Assembly (NCBI GenBank): GCA_035508655.1 | Contig: DATJMP010000123.1 | Span: 6,386 to 70,385, forward strand | Length of the DNA: 64,000 bases | DNA from: Bryobacteraceae bacterium | GTDB taxonomy: Bacteria > Acidobacteriota > Terriglobia > Bryobacterales > Bryobacteraceae | Direction of reading: 5' to 3' | Part shown: positions 44,754 to 53,524 of the stretch, one piece after another | How positions within the stretch are numbered: position 1 is the first letter of the stretch | How the letters are laid out: each line of letters begins with the position of its first letter | Notes under the pieces: generated by a model | Told to the model about the DNA's origin: nothing | The model's database searches: none | What the model saw: the letters and a program-made list of their open reading frames with translations, nothing else | Made by a program: the position numbers and the translations under genes

Positions 44754-46219
44754 TCGCCGGAACTGGCCGGCGCCGGGGCCGTCTTGGCGGCCGCCTTGTG
44801 CTGGGCCACGAACTTCTTTCGCTTGGAGCGCAGCGCCATATACTCGCGCGCTTCTTTCGTCAGCCGCCGCCGCTCGTCCGCGTCGAATGCCGCCTTCTTC
44901 ACAATCCGCCAGATCACCCGCGGACGGAAGAAATATTCGCCGTAAAAACGCTCCACCCAGTCCACCAATTCGCCCCGGTCCAATCCCGGATACGTAATGT
45001 TGGGGAGCTGGTGGCCGGTTTCGTCGGTCATGGAGTCGATCGTGATCAGTCCGTTCTGCTTCACGTGCTCGTAGAACTCCGTGCCCGGATACGGGTGGGC
45101 GATCGAAACCTGAATGGTTTCCGTGTCCATCCGCTTGGCGAAATCGATCGTCTTCCGGATGCTCTCCCGCGTCTCCCCCGGCAGCCCGATAATGTAATCC
45201 CCGTGAATGACGAGTCCCAGCTTCTTGCAGTTGGCCGTGAAACGCTGCGCCATGTCGATGGTGGCGCCCTTCTTGATGTTCTTCAGAATCTGCTGGTCGC
45301 CCGACTCATAGCCCACGATCAGCAGCCGGCAGCCGGCTTCTTTCATCGCCTTCAGCGTGTCGTAATCGGTGGTGACCCGCGACGTGCACGACCACGTGAA
45401 ATTCAGCGGCTTCAACTTCTTGCACAGCTCGATCGTACGTTCCTTGCGGTAATTGAAGGTATCGTCGTCGAAGAAGATTTCCTTGATGTTGGGGAATTGT
45501 TCCAGCGCGAACCGCGCCTCGTTGGCCACGTCGTCGCTTGAGCGCAGCCGCCAGCGGTGCCCCGAATGTGTCTGCGGCCACAGACAGAACGTGCACAACG
45601 CCGGGCAGCCCCGGGATGTGTAGAACGAGAGGAACGGGTTCAGCAGGAACGGCACATTGTAGCGGGTCACGTCCAGGTCCCGCTTGTACACCTTTGTCAC
45701 CCACGGCAGCTCGTCCAGATTTTCGATCACCGGCCCTTCCGGATTGTGCCGGATGGTGCCATTCTGCCGGAAGCTCACGCCCGGCAGTTCCTCGAGCGGC
45801 TTGCCCTTGGCATAATCCGCAATCTGGTAATCGAATTCGCGCCGAACCAAAAAGTCGATAGCCTTATTGGTGCGCAGCGTCTTCTCCGCATCCACCGTCA
45901 CCGGCGGTCCGACGAACGCCACCTTCAGCTTCGGGTTCGAATCCTTCATCATCTCCGCCATCCGGACGTCGACGTGAAAGCCGGGCGTGGAGGTGAACAG
46001 CACAAGCAGCTCGAACTGCTTCGCCATCTCGACCGTCTGCTCGATGGAGATTTTGTGCGGCGGCGCGTCCACTACTTTGCTGTCCGGCAGCATGCCGGCG
46101 GGATAGCACAACCACACCGGGTACCAATACGATTCGATCTCTCGCGACGCCGGCCACCGGGAACTGGCTCCGCCATCAAAGCCCTCGAAAGAAGGAGGAT
46201 TCAGGAAAAGCGTTCTCAT
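44750..46219 (-). CDS. hpnJ: B12-binding radical SAM protein, hopanoid-associated HpnJ-like
   Basis: Trimmed to MRTLFLNPPSFEGFDGGASSRW...; radical SAM CxxxCxxC (SRGCPALCTFCLW); 489 aa. Confidence 0.85.
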   Translation of the reverse strand: MRTLFLNPPSFEGFDGGASSRWPASREIESYWYPVWLCYPAGMLPDSKVVDAPPHKISIEQTVEMAKQFELLVLFTSTPGFHVDVRMAEMMKDSNPKLKVAFVGPPVTVDAEKTLRTNKAIDFLVRREFDYQIADYAKGKPLEELPGVSFRQNGTIRHNPEGPVIENLDELPWVTKVYKRDLDVTRYNVPFLLNPFLSFYTSRGCPALCTFCLWPQTHSGHRWRLRSSDDVANEARFALEQFPNIKEIFFDDDTFNYRKERTIELCKKLKPLNFTWSCTSRVTTDYDTLKAMKEAGCRLLIVGYESGDQQILKNIKKGATIDMAQRFTANCKKLGLVIHGDYIIGLPGETRESIRKTIDFAKRMDTETIQVSIAHPYPGTEFYEHVKQNGLITIDSMTDETGHQLPNITYPGLDRGELVDWVERFYGEYFFRPRVIWRIVKKAAFDADERRRLTKEAREYMALRSKRKKFVAQHKAAAKTAPAPASSGD

Positions 46220-46284
46220 GCACTCTCCGACTGAGCAAACCGCCTGCCTAGGAAACCGGGCCGAACGCGGGGTCGTGACCGGAC

Positions 46285-47058
46285 CTACTGGTCCAGGTCC
46301 TCGTCCGCGTGTTGATCCATGGAAAAATGTGCGAAGTCGACCGTCAGCTCCGCCTTGCCGAAAAACCACACCTCGGTCTCGCTCTCCATTCGGCGCGGAA
46401 CCGCGATGCCGTTCTCGATGTCGTACTGCCGCACAAATGTGACCGTGCGCACCCCCATCGGGGTCTTCACCAGCCGCCCCGACTCCCTGACGGGGAGATA
46501 GGTCGCGGCATCGATCCAGATTTCGCCCTTGTACAGCTTCTCGCGCTTCTTCCGCGGCGAAACCTGCAAAACATAGGTGTCACGGCCTTCCACTTCCGCC
46601 GTGCCCTTGAATTTGAATTTGTAGTTGTCGGGAGTCACCGCGATGGAAGCATCGCCCAGGCTCTGCGCCTCTTGCTCCAGGTAGCGGTTAATCACTTCTT
46701 TTTTGATGGTATTGTCGCCTTGGAAACGAAAAGCCCCATAGGTGATGCGCCCCAGCCGGGTAATGTGACGCAGAGCGTGCAACTTCCCCTGCTTCTGCAG
46801 TTTGGGCAGTGAGCCGGAAATCTCGACTTCCATGGACGCGCCACGCACCAGTTCATCCTGCCGCCTGGCGGCCGCACAGTAGTTAGCGACGATAATGTCG
46901 CCGTTCACACGGCCGGACCGCGTAACGGCATCCTGAAACTCCGCCGGTCCGCCGGAAGCATCTTGCTGCCCTGTTGCCGGCGCGGCGGATTCCGAAGCGG
47001 CTTCCACCAGCACAGACCAGCCCACCAGGCCGGCGAATACCAAAAGGACGACCTTCAA
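46285..47058 (-). CDS. LolA-like / outer-membrane lipoprotein-sorting-protein-like exported protein
   Basis: TTG start; signal peptide MKVVLLVFAGLVGWSVLVEA. ...GRDTYVLQVSPRKK...GEIWIDAATYLPVRE... resembles the LolA_like family. Confidence 0.6.
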   Translation of the reverse strand: MKVVLLVFAGLVGWSVLVEAASESAAPATGQQDASGGPAEFQDAVTRSGRVNGDIIVANYCAAARRQDELVRGASMEVEISGSLPKLQKQGKLHALRHITRLGRITYGAFRFQGDNTIKKEVINRYLEQEAQSLGDASIAVTPDNYKFKFKGTAEVEGRDTYVLQVSPRKKREKLYKGEIWIDAATYLPVRESGRLVKTPMGVRTVTFVRQYDIENGIAVPRRMESETEVWFFGKAELTVDFAHFSMDQHADEDLDQ

Positions 47059-47188
47059 ACGAGCAACCCCAATTGAGAATTTCAGTCCAGAAAATATAAG
47101 TCTAGCAAAATCAGGCTCTCCCCGGCAATCGGGCAGGCCCGCGCCGTTTCACACACATGCGATTCCACGAACGTGGGGACAATGAATC

Positions 47189-47449
47189 ATGCCCCGCAAA
47201 ATAACAAGCATGGGAGAGGCGAAGCAGGAGCGCAAAACTTCGCAGAAGCGGGCCATGGGGGCCAAAGGGCCAAGCGGCCGCAATACCCGCTCCGGCGTCA
47301 CCGACGGGGGGAAATGGGCCGGTTCCGGCCGCAAAACCGTGGAGCACGGTGAGGGCCCTGCAATCGCCCGAAAGCGCCAGCCCGGTCGGGGTCCGAAGAG
47401 CCATCCGGCCATTCGCACCCTAAGGGCGAGTCACCCCAGCCACGGTTGA
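47189..47449 (+). CDS. Possible small, very basic protein (86 aa)
   Basis: ATG ORF with high third-position GC by eye, in an otherwise empty 396-bp gap. No homology recognised, and competing antisense ORFs exist. Confidence 0.3.
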   Translation: MPRKITSMGEAKQERKTSQKRAMGAKGPSGRNTRSGVTDGGKWAGSGRKTVEHGEGPAIARKRQPGRGPKSHPAIRTLRASHPSHG

Positions 47450-47453
47450 GTCG

Positions 47454-48374
47454 CTAACCCAGGTAGTCGAACAGACTCTTGTGCGGCATCTCCGCCTCCA
47501 TCTCGAACGAGGCCTGAAGTTGCGTCTGGCTCTCGGTCAGCTGCGTCGCCGCGCTGGCGATGTCGGCGTCCTGAATCCCGCTGATTTCCGTCTGCAACTG
47601 CGTATCATAATTCGTAGAAAAGCTCTGCGCATTCTGGATGCGGTTCTCGGCCTGCCCGTAAAATGCCTGTTCCTGGTTGAGGTAAGCCGAGGCTGTCTTG
47701 ACCGAATTGATCGCCTGCTCGACGCTGACGGTATCCCCGCTGGCCAGCGCGCTTTCCAGGCCGCTCAGAGCCGCGAACACGTTTCCTGAGGCGGTGGTTC
47801 CATCGGCGTTGCGCTCATCGAAAATCTGCTGCGCCGTCAGCGCCGCCGGAAACGATCCGCCGGCCGGGTTTTCCATCTGCTGGGTAGCCAGGGCATCGGA
47901 AACCTGCGCCACACCGTCCGGTGCGGCGGCATCGATTTCGTATGTCGGATATTGGCTCTGGTCGCCGCTGAAAATGTACTGTCCGTCCACCACCGTCTGG
48001 CTGTAGGACACCATCTCGGACAAAATCGTCCCCACCTGCTGCGAGAGCGTCGTCATGTCCGTGCCGCTGGCGGCCGAATTCGCCCCCTCCGTGCCCAGTT
48101 GCACCGCCTGGTCCATCAACTGGATGGAGGAGCCGAGGGCGCCGTCGGCCGCCTCGGTATTTGTCTCGGCCAGCTTCAGGTTGGATTGGATCTGCTGATT
48201 GTGCTGCTGGTTGGCGCGCAACTGCAACAGATCTTCAACCTGGTCCGGAGCGTCGGACGCCTGGTTTATCTTCTTTCCGGAAGATACTTCTTCGCTGGCT
48301 TGGTTTAACCGTTGCTGGATCCGGCCCACGTTCGCTAGAAAGAGTTGCGCTGCGGGATCGAGATTGGTAGTCAC
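47454..48374 (-). CDS. flgL: Flagellar hook-associated protein 3 (FlgL)
   Basis: Flagellin-like N-terminus (...RLNQASEEVSSGKKINQASDAPD...) and C-terminus (...ASAATQLTESQTQLQASF). Sits downstream of flgK. Confidence 0.85.
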   Translation of the reverse strand: MTTNLDPAAQLFLANVGRIQQRLNQASEEVSSGKKINQASDAPDQVEDLLQLRANQQHNQQIQSNLKLAETNTEAADGALGSSIQLMDQAVQLGTEGANSAASGTDMTTLSQQVGTILSEMVSYSQTVVDGQYIFSGDQSQYPTYEIDAAAPDGVAQVSDALATQQMENPAGGSFPAALTAQQIFDERNADGTTASGNVFAALSGLESALASGDTVSVEQAINSVKTASAYLNQEQAFYGQAENRIQNAQSFSTNYDTQLQTEISGIQDADIASAATQLTESQTQLQASFEMEAEMPHKSLFDYLG

Positions 48375-48382
48375 GGCGTCTC

Positions 48383-49810
48383 CTAGGATGTCGGCAGCAT
48401 GTTGATCGTATCTTGGACCAGTTGGTCGAGAACGGTCAGCATCCGAGCATTGGCGTCATAAGCGTTTTGAAACTGGATCAGCAGCGTGGCTTCTTCGTCC
48501 AGCGATACACCCGACATCTGCTGCTGGATATTTTTGGCCTGGGCTACGGCCGATTGCTGCACGGTGAGGTCATTGTTGGCGGTGTCCAGCGCATCGCCTA
48601 CCTGCGCTGCCATGCTGCCGTAGAACTGGGTGAAGCTTTCGCCATCGATTTCGTCGGCGCTCGCGGTCGGATTCTCCAGTCCCGAAAGTGCCAGGGCCAC
48701 GCCGTTCGAAGACGATCCGTCGCCTGCCGCCAGTTGGTCGGCCGTGATCTCCGGGTTCACCGCCAGGCTGGCGGCAGCGTTGGTCGGGTCGCTCGCATTG
48801 TAGGTGAACAGCGCCGCCCCTGCGGCCCCGGCCGTTGTCTGCCCGCCCTCCAGCAGTTGGTTCACGCGATCCGCAAACTGTTGCGCCATCTGGTTCAACT
48901 GCCCCTGCTGGTACCCGTCGCCGATGAAAGATGGCAGCACCGAGTCGCGAAAGTTCACCAGCGCTCCCAACTGCCCGCCCGTGGTGGCTGAGGTGATGTC
49001 GGTTCCGTCGCTCGCCAGAATCTCCACCGGCGGTCGGCCGTTGCTGTTCACCGGCGGCGGCGAGGCCGGCTGCTCCATACCGGCCGAAATCTGGTATTGC
49101 TGATTCTCCACCAGCAGCGGTGTCTGGCCATTCAACAGCAGCGAAACCGTGCCATCCGGATTGTTCAACGTGGTGAAGCTCACGTACTGCGCCAACTGTT
49201 CGAGCGTGGAATGGACCTGCGCGTCCAGCCCCGAGTCGCCACGGTCCCCCTGCATGATCTGGCTGTTGTAGCTTTGTAACTGCCCCACCAGGCTGTTTAC
49301 CGTGCTGACGGTTTGCGTGATCCCGTTTTCGGCATCCTGTTCTGCCAGCGTCAGACCCGTGGCGGTCTGTTGGAAGGCTGTGGCCAGGTCGCTGGCGTCA
49401 TTCAGTACGCTCTGTTGCGACACTGCATCGTTGGGCGATTGTGCCCATCCCGAGAAGCTATCCAACAAGTTATTCAGCGCTACCGAGATGCCCGATGTGC
49501 CCGAAATATCGAACAGGCTTTGGAGGGAGGTCAAACTGTTGACCTGCTGTTGCGCCTGGCCGAGCAGCGTGGTCTGCTGTTGTACCTGCTGGTCCGCGTA
49601 CTGGTTCCGCTCGCTTTGGATCTGCCCCGCCTCTACTCCGCCGATCAGCCCTCCAGAGGGGTCGAGAGGCATTGCCTCGAGCGTCTGCACTTGAGCGGCA
49701 TAGCCCGGTGTCTGAGCATTGGCGACGTTGTTTTCCGTTACATCCAGCACGCGCTCGTAGGCGCGGAGCGCGCCTGCGGCAACCGTCATCGAACTCAGCA
49801 GGCTGCCCAT
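48383..49810 (-). CDS. flgK: Flagellar hook-associated protein 1 (FlgK)
   Basis: Trimmed to MGSLLSSMTVAAGALRAYERVLDVTENNVANAQTPGY...; C-terminal ...SGVSLDEEATLLIQFQNAYDANARMLTV. Confidence 0.9.
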   Translation of the reverse strand: MGSLLSSMTVAAGALRAYERVLDVTENNVANAQTPGYAAQVQTLEAMPLDPSGGLIGGVEAGQIQSERNQYADQQVQQQTTLLGQAQQQVNSLTSLQSLFDISGTSGISVALNNLLDSFSGWAQSPNDAVSQQSVLNDASDLATAFQQTATGLTLAEQDAENGITQTVSTVNSLVGQLQSYNSQIMQGDRGDSGLDAQVHSTLEQLAQYVSFTTLNNPDGTVSLLLNGQTPLLVENQQYQISAGMEQPASPPPVNSNGRPPVEILASDGTDITSATTGGQLGALVNFRDSVLPSFIGDGYQQGQLNQMAQQFADRVNQLLEGGQTTAGAAGAALFTYNASDPTNAAASLAVNPEITADQLAAGDGSSSNGVALALSGLENPTASADEIDGESFTQFYGSMAAQVGDALDTANNDLTVQQSAVAQAKNIQQQMSGVSLDEEATLLIQFQNAYDANARMLTVLDQLVQDTINMLPTS

Positions 49811-49814
49811 TTGG

Positions 49815-50219
49815 CTATCCTTCCACCCAGAATCGGCTCGGCCGGGCCAGCGGCGCGGGTTGCCCGCCGGCTCGATAGCCGCCGGTCCGCGCTCCCAGGT
49901 ACCCGCTCCAGCCGGAATGATATTGTTGCGCCTTCCGCAACAGAGCACCCGCCGTCTGAATCGCCCGCTGGATCCGCTTTAGCTCCCGCGCCTGCCCCAC
50001 GCCGTCGGACGCACATCCGGACCGGTCCCGTACCGCCGTCAGACAGGCAATGGCCGACTGCAAAAGCAGGGCAGTCCGGTCCAGCACTTCCGGCGCCGGC
50101 GAGACGGCCAGAGCCGCCACTTCCTCCACCGCCGCCCGCGCCGTCTCCAGGGTCCCGGCACCCTCGCCCGCGGCGGTAAATTTATCTTCGGTTTCGCGCT
50201 CCATCGCCTTTTCGGCCAA
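49815..50219 (-). CDS. Hypothetical protein in the FlgN position (possible export chaperone)
   Basis: 134-aa helical ORF between flgM and flgK. Call rests on synteny only; no sequence motif recognised. Confidence 0.45.
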   Translation of the reverse strand: MAEKAMERETEDKFTAAGEGAGTLETARAAVEEVAALAVSPAPEVLDRTALLLQSAIACLTAVRDRSGCASDGVGQARELKRIQRAIQTAGALLRKAQQYHSGWSGYLGARTGGYRAGGQPAPLARPSRFWVEG

Positions 50220-50238
50220 CCCTCCGCCCCGTCGATAG

Positions 50239-50550
50239 TCAGATCCCGCTGGGGCCGCCCGCGAGGGCTTCGGAAATCATCCCCCGGCTGATCGCCTGGG
50301 AGTTCGGCTGGTAGGTCCCGTTCTGTACCTGCTCTGCCAGCGCCTGGATCCGGGATGCGTGACTGGTCTGGTCGGAAGCGGCCGCGCGCGCCAACGCCCC
50401 GATAGTGTTGGAAAAGTCTACGCGGTCTTCCCCACTGCTCGCGGTTCCGGATGCCTGGGCAGAGCTGAAACCGGTGGAACTCTGACTTTCCCGCACTCGG
50501 GACGATTCCTGGCCGGAGCTGCCCGACACGCTGCTGTCATAAATTCGCAT
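50239..50550 (-). CDS. flgM: Anti-sigma-28 factor FlgM
   Basis: 103 aa, Ser/Gly-rich and disordered N-terminal half. C-terminal ...RIQALAEQVQNGTYQPNSQAISRGMI is typical of FlgM. Confidence 0.8.
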   Translation of the reverse strand: MRIYDSSVSGSSGQESSRVRESQSSTGFSSAQASGTASSGEDRVDFSNTIGALARAAASDQTSHASRIQALAEQVQNGTYQPNSQAISRGMISEALAGGPSGI

Positions 50551-50572
50551 AGTGAGGCTTCACCTGTGCAAC

Positions 50573-50600
50573 ATATCGGCAGCCTTCCCCCGTTGCTTTA
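50573..50600 (-). promoter_or_regulatory. Sigma-28 (FliA)-type promoter upstream of flgM
   Basis: Minus strand reads cTAAAg-N16-GCCGATAT, against the consensus TAAA-N15-GCCGATAA. AGGTGA Shine-Dalgarno and ATG lie 23 nt downstream. Confidence 0.55.
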
Positions 50601-50662
50601 GCGCCCGTGTCACGTCCTCTAAAGTTTTCCATGCGCCTGTCGATTGCTCTCGTGAAAACCCA

Positions 50663-51658
50663 ATGGAAATGGATTGGGAACGCCTGCTCGTCGGGAAAAG
50701 TCCGGAAATCCGCCAGGTGGCGCACATCATTGAAATGGTGGGATGCCGCCGCGCCACCGTCCTGATCACAGGCGAAACGGGCACCGGTAAAGAATTGGCC
50801 GCCACGGCCCTCCATCTGGCGGGTCCGCGGTGCCACGGCCCCCTGGTCGCCGTGAACTGCTCCGCCATTCCCGGCAACCTGTTGGAATCGGAACTGTTCG
50901 GCCACACCCGCGGCGCTTTCACCGGCGCCGTGCAAAGCCGCACCGGTATGTTCCAGCGGGCCCACGGCGGCACTCTGTTCCTGGATGAAATCAGCGACCT
51001 GCCACTCGACCTCCAGCCTAAGCTCCTCCGTGTCCTGCAGGAGCGAACCGTTCAGCCGCTGGGCAGCTCGGAGGCCATGCGCGTGGATGTGCGGGTGGTG
51101 GCCGCGACGAACTGTGACCTCCTGCGCCGCGTCGAGCAGGGCCGCTTCCGCGAAGATCTCTACTACCGCCTCAATGTCGTGCCGGTCGTGATGCCGCCCC
51201 TGCGCCACCGGCCCGGCGATATCCCCCTCCTGGCGGAGCATTTCGTGGAAAAGATCTGCCGGCTCGAAGGCATCTCGCGCAAACGGCTGAGCCCGGATGC
51301 CCTGGACCGTTTGTCTCGCCATTCCTGGCCAGGCAACGTGCGCGAGTTGGAAAACGTCATCGAAATGGCGGTGGCGCTGAGCGGTGAACGCGACTGGCTT
51401 TCCGCCGCGGATTTCCCCGACCCCCACCGCGCCGGATCTCCGGCCCCCGTCTCCGCAGCCGGCTCCCCCGTCATCGCCCTGCCGGAGGGGGGCTTGGACT
51501 ATCAGCAGACCATGGCCTTCATCGAGCGCAGCATCCTGGAGCAGGCTCTCCGCAAGACCGGCGGTAATAAAAAGGCCGCCGCCCGTATGCTCCGCCTCAA
51601 GCGCACCACCCTTTCCGCTAAGGTCCGCGCTCTCGAGGCGCTGGCCCCCGCATCTTAG
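50663..51658 (+). CDS. Sigma-54-dependent transcriptional activator (AAA+ plus Fis-type HTH, no N-terminal sensory domain)
   Basis: Trimmed to MEMDWERLLVGKSPEIRQV. Walker A GETGTGKE; GAFTGA motif (TRGAFTGAV); C-terminal HTH GGNKKAAARMLRLKRTTL. Confidence 0.9.
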   Translation: MEMDWERLLVGKSPEIRQVAHIIEMVGCRRATVLITGETGTGKELAATALHLAGPRCHGPLVAVNCSAIPGNLLESELFGHTRGAFTGAVQSRTGMFQRAHGGTLFLDEISDLPLDLQPKLLRVLQERTVQPLGSSEAMRVDVRVVAATNCDLLRRVEQGRFREDLYYRLNVVPVVMPPLRHRPGDIPLLAEHFVEKICRLEGISRKRLSPDALDRLSRHSWPGNVRELENVIEMAVALSGERDWLSAADFPDPHRAGSPAPVSAAGSPVIALPEGGLDYQQTMAFIERSILEQALRKTGGNKKAAARMLRLKRTTLSAKVRALEALAPAS

Positions 51659-51744
51659 TCCCGTTCCAACTCGTTTCGGCTAAGCGCCGGCAGCTTTGAG
51701 AAGCTTAGGCTTCGCCTGGCGCCAGCTGATAAACTCGGGGAGAA

Positions 51745-52371
51745 ATGAGCGATGCCCCATTTGACGAACCCCGCCTGGCAATCACTCGCGTGTACACCCG
51801 GCAGGGCGACGCAGGCAATACCATGCTGGCCGGCGGACAGCGGGTGCCCAAGGACAGCCTGCGGATCTCGGCATACGGTACCGTAGATGAGTTGAACGCA
51901 TTCGTCGGCGCGGCCCGCGTGACCGCCGCTACCGACCCCCGGCTGGCAGAACTCTCAGGAATTCTGCTGCGTGTGCAGCACGAGCTGTTCAATCTGGGTT
52001 CGATCCTGGCTACTCTGCCCGAGGACGTGCATCCGCGACAGGCCCGCGTCACCGAAGCCGAAGTCGCGCGGCTGGAAAGCGAAATCGACCGTATGAACGA
52101 AGTGGTTCCGCCGCTACGCTCGTTTGTGCTCCCCGGCGGGTGCCGTTTGAATGCCGAGCTGCACATTTGCCGCACGGTTTGCCGCCGCGCGGAGCGGCAG
52201 GTGGTCACGCTGTCGCGGGCGGAGCCCGAGCCGCCGGAGGCCGTCCGTTACCTCAATCGGCTCGGAGATGCGCTGTTTGTCTGGAGCCGCTGGGCCAGCC
52301 ACGCTTCCGGCGCCCCAGAGACCCTGTGGGAGCCCAACCGTGCGGCCTCGGGAAGACCGGAGGGGTCTTAG
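51745..52371 (+). CDS. PduO-type ATP:cob(I)alamin adenosyltransferase
   Basis: ITRVYTRQGDAGNTML...ISAYGTVDELNAFVG...QHELFNLG...FVLPGG...HICRTVCRRAER are the family motifs. Confidence 0.9.
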   Translation: MSDAPFDEPRLAITRVYTRQGDAGNTMLAGGQRVPKDSLRISAYGTVDELNAFVGAARVTAATDPRLAELSGILLRVQHELFNLGSILATLPEDVHPRQARVTEAEVARLESEIDRMNEVVPPLRSFVLPGGCRLNAELHICRTVCRRAERQVVTLSRAEPEPPEAVRYLNRLGDALFVWSRWASHASGAPETLWEPNRAASGRPEGS

Positions 52372-52570
52372 CGTCAGCTGTCCGCTATTCAGCTTTCGGC
52401 TCGCGCGCAAAGTTCTGGTAGGGGCCACGCATGCACGACCCGCGACGGGACGTCGGGAGATTCGCATCGCCTCGCACTGGAAGACAGCGGCCCCTGAACC
52501 AACCCAACCCAAGCTGATAGCTCACGGCTGAAAGCCGATCTCTTGTTCCGCGATATCATGAACGTGTGAC

Positions 52571-53524
52571 ATGGCGCTGATCGCGATCTCGGGCCATCCC
52601 GGATGCCGCTTCGAGGAAGTGGCGCGCATCACCGCGCAGCGTCTGGGGTTCGAATTGCTGACCCAGGCCCGCATCCGGCATCTCACCGGTGAGGAGTTTG
52701 GCGCGGAAACCGCCATCCCCCATAAAGCGTGGGCGAGCCTGGCGACGTCTGTGCTTGCCCGTATCGCCACCGAGCATCACATCGTGTACTGCGCACTGGG
52801 CGGCGAGCTGCAGGCGCGCCACTTCCCCGGTATGCTGCGCGTCCACGTGGTCGCGCCGGAGAGCGTGCGCATCGGCAACCTCATGCTGGACCGGCGCCTG
52901 GAGCGTCCCGCCGCGCGTGAGCTTTTGCTTCAGATGGAGGCCGCGGAGCGCGAGGATCGGAAAGCCAAATTCGGCAAAAGCAAGGCGACCGCCGAAATGT
53001 TCGACCTCGTATGCAACGCCGAATCCCTCAGTTCCGAACAGATTGCCGGTCTGGTGGCAGCAGCGGTCGAATCCGGCGGCTTGAAGGAGCGAGGCCTGCT
53101 CTCCCATGCCGCCGAAGCGCAACTCCAGTTTCAGATGCGCCTGAATCTGGCCCGCTACGGCATCGTTCCGCCGGATAAAATCACGCTGCGGCAGAAGATC
53201 TTCGCGCATCAAAGCGAGGAGATGTTCGCCAATCTGCTGGATTTCTACCGCATCGCCTGGGAGTACGAGCCGCGCAGTTTTCCCATTCAATACGATCGGG
53301 ATGGCCACGCGCTCGAGTCCTTCACACCCGATTTCTATCTTCCCGAATTCGACCTCTACGTCGAACTCACCACCATGAAACAGGCGCACGTGACGCGCAA
53401 GAACCGCAAGGTCCGCCTCTTGCGGGAACTGTACCCGCAGATCAATATCCAGGTCTTCTATCAGAAGGATTTCGAAAACCTGATCTTCAAGTATGGGCTG
53501 ACGGAACGGACGGTTCGGGTATGA
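52571..53524 (+). CDS. Fusion protein: cytidylate-kinase-like (Cytidylate_kin2-type) N-domain plus T7-endonuclease-I-like PD-(D/E)xK C-domain
   Basis: N-domain: IAISGHPGCRFEEVARITAQRLGFELL ... LRVHVVAPESVRIGNLM ... FDLVCNAESLS. C-domain: SEEMFANLLDFYRIAWEYEPRSFPIQ...SFTPDFYLPEFDLYVELTT...RKNRKVRLLRELYPQINIQVFY, which is collinear with my recollection of T7 gp3 (sgLEdk..L...IkFEYE...YTPDFLLPNGIFVETKG...RKKHLLIREQHPELDIRIVF). Confidence 0.8.
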   Translation: MALIAISGHPGCRFEEVARITAQRLGFELLTQARIRHLTGEEFGAETAIPHKAWASLATSVLARIATEHHIVYCALGGELQARHFPGMLRVHVVAPESVRIGNLMLDRRLERPAARELLLQMEAAEREDRKAKFGKSKATAEMFDLVCNAESLSSEQIAGLVAAAVESGGLKERGLLSHAAEAQLQFQMRLNLARYGIVPPDKITLRQKIFAHQSEEMFANLLDFYRIAWEYEPRSFPIQYDRDGHALESFTPDFYLPEFDLYVELTTMKQAHVTRKNRKVRLLRELYPQINIQVFYQKDFENLIFKYGLTERTVRV

